A stretch of DNA of 64,000 nt from Podarcis vaucheri. Its lineage: Eukaryota. The stretch's first letter is position 1. Every line of letters starts with the position of its first letter. The notes below the pieces were generated by a model. The model saw only the letters and a list, made by a program, of their open reading frames with translations. It made no database searches and was not told the origin of the DNA. The stretch lies in the NCBI GenBank assembly GCA_965113315.1, contig OZ220364.1; one strand, 5' to 3'. This document shows positions 62,901 through 64,000 of the stretch, piece after piece. The position numbers were made by a program, and so were the translations under genes.

Positions 62901-63660
62901 TTACCCAACCTGTCCCCTCACTGATGGCCAAGCAAGTGAGAGATGACCTCTAAAGGAGTTTAATGACTCCCATTTACAGCACTCCAATAACATATGGATT
63001 TGTATTTTTTGGAGACACAATGCCATGGATAGTGTTTCCTGGGAAGAGTTAAACACTTAGCAAGAGAATTCTTGGGCCAACCCCTTGTGCTTTGTCCTAT
63101 TTGATTTAAGGCAATTCCATTGATATTTGGAAGACAGGCAAAAAGAATCATTGTTTCTGTGGAATTTGTCAGGATGACCTCAGGTTTGTGTATTTATCTT
63201 TGGTAAAATAGACAAAATAAGCATACACACAAATCCTAGTCTCTTAACTCAGAAGGAAGTGGGAGGGGAGAACATGCCTGCAACATCGCTGAAGATTTTT
63301 GACATATTAGATTTATACTCCACTCAGAGCAGTGGCTTGTTTTACCATAAGTTTCACTTGAAGGCGCAAGTTTTCAATGTAAACAAGTCTTATCTCCCCG
63401 CCCCCCCTTGGCAGAACGCTATGCAAAAGAGCAGGCTGGATGACCATCTAGTGGGAATGATTAGTAATAGAGTTGGACTAGTTTACCTTTGAGAACCCTT
63501 CCAACTCTGTAAAGCACATTTCCTCCCAAAGGTAACTATAGTTAAGAGTGCTGGGAATTTCTGTTAGGCGTAAACAACAGTTCCCAGGATTCTATTTTTT
63601 TGGGGGTGGGGTGCTTTAAATGTATGGTATGTATGCAACCTGTGATTATATGAAAAAGTA

Positions 63661-64000
63661 TGGCGCTGTGGGTTAAACCACAGAGCCTTGGGCTTGCTGA
63701 TCAGAAGGTCGGCAGTTTGAATCCCCGCAACGGGGTGAGCTCCCGTTGCTCAGTCCCTGCTCCTGCCAACCTAGCAGTTCGAAAGCACGTCAAAGTGCAA
63801 GTAGATAAATAGGTACCGCTCTGGTGGGAAGGTAAATGGCGTTTCTGTGCGCTGCTCTGGTTCGCCAGAAGTGGCTTAGTCGTGCTGGCCGCATGACCCA
63901 GAAGCTGTACGCCGGCTCCCTCGGCCAAAAAGCGAGATGAGCGCTGCAACCCCAGAGTCGGCCACGACTGGACCTAATGGTCAGGGGTCCCTTTACCTTT
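63661..64000 (+). mobile_element. Squam1/Sauria SINE running to the window edge
   Basis: tggcgctgtgggttaaaccacagagcc...ggtcaggggtccctttaccttt. Confidence 0.92.

Noticed and set aside
1-64000. Prokaryote-type systems (CRISPR arrays, operons), and tRNA/rRNA genes
   Set aside because: The window is intron-rich vertebrate DNA; tRNA-like boxes occur only as SINE heads and no repeat-spacer array was seen

Overview
Vertebrate genomic DNA, most likely from a lacertid lizard (it carries Squam1/Sauria-type SINEs). It holds two spliced genes in tail-to-tail orientation. MAP2K4 (MKK4) is on + with coding exons 3-11 at 9595-22537 and a 3'UTR to about 25.78 kb; its exons 1-2 lie upstream of the window. 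Myocardin (MYOCD) is on - with 12 coding exons from exon 2 (56016) to the stop at 30859; exon 1 is outside the window. All exons have GT-AG boundaries and consistent phases. Exon numbering and comparisons to human proteins are from recall, not a search. The introns contain SINEs, TA-flanked MITEs, hAT elements with 8-bp TSDs, CR1 and RTE-X-like LINE fragments, and microsatellites. Four highlights. (1) A candidate TATA-driven alternative first exon in MAP2K4 intron 2 (ATG 2332, donor 2412) splices in frame to exon 3 and would replace the MAPK docking N-terminus. (2) This myocardin keeps an intact MRTF-like RPEL2 motif (RPERSEL), which suggests actin regulation that mammalian myocardin has largely lost. 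(3) The two genes converge, with candidate poly(A) signals only about 460 bp apart. (4) A young hAT element carries tandem heptamer-octamer (POU) sites. Most short ORFs in the supplied track are spurious.
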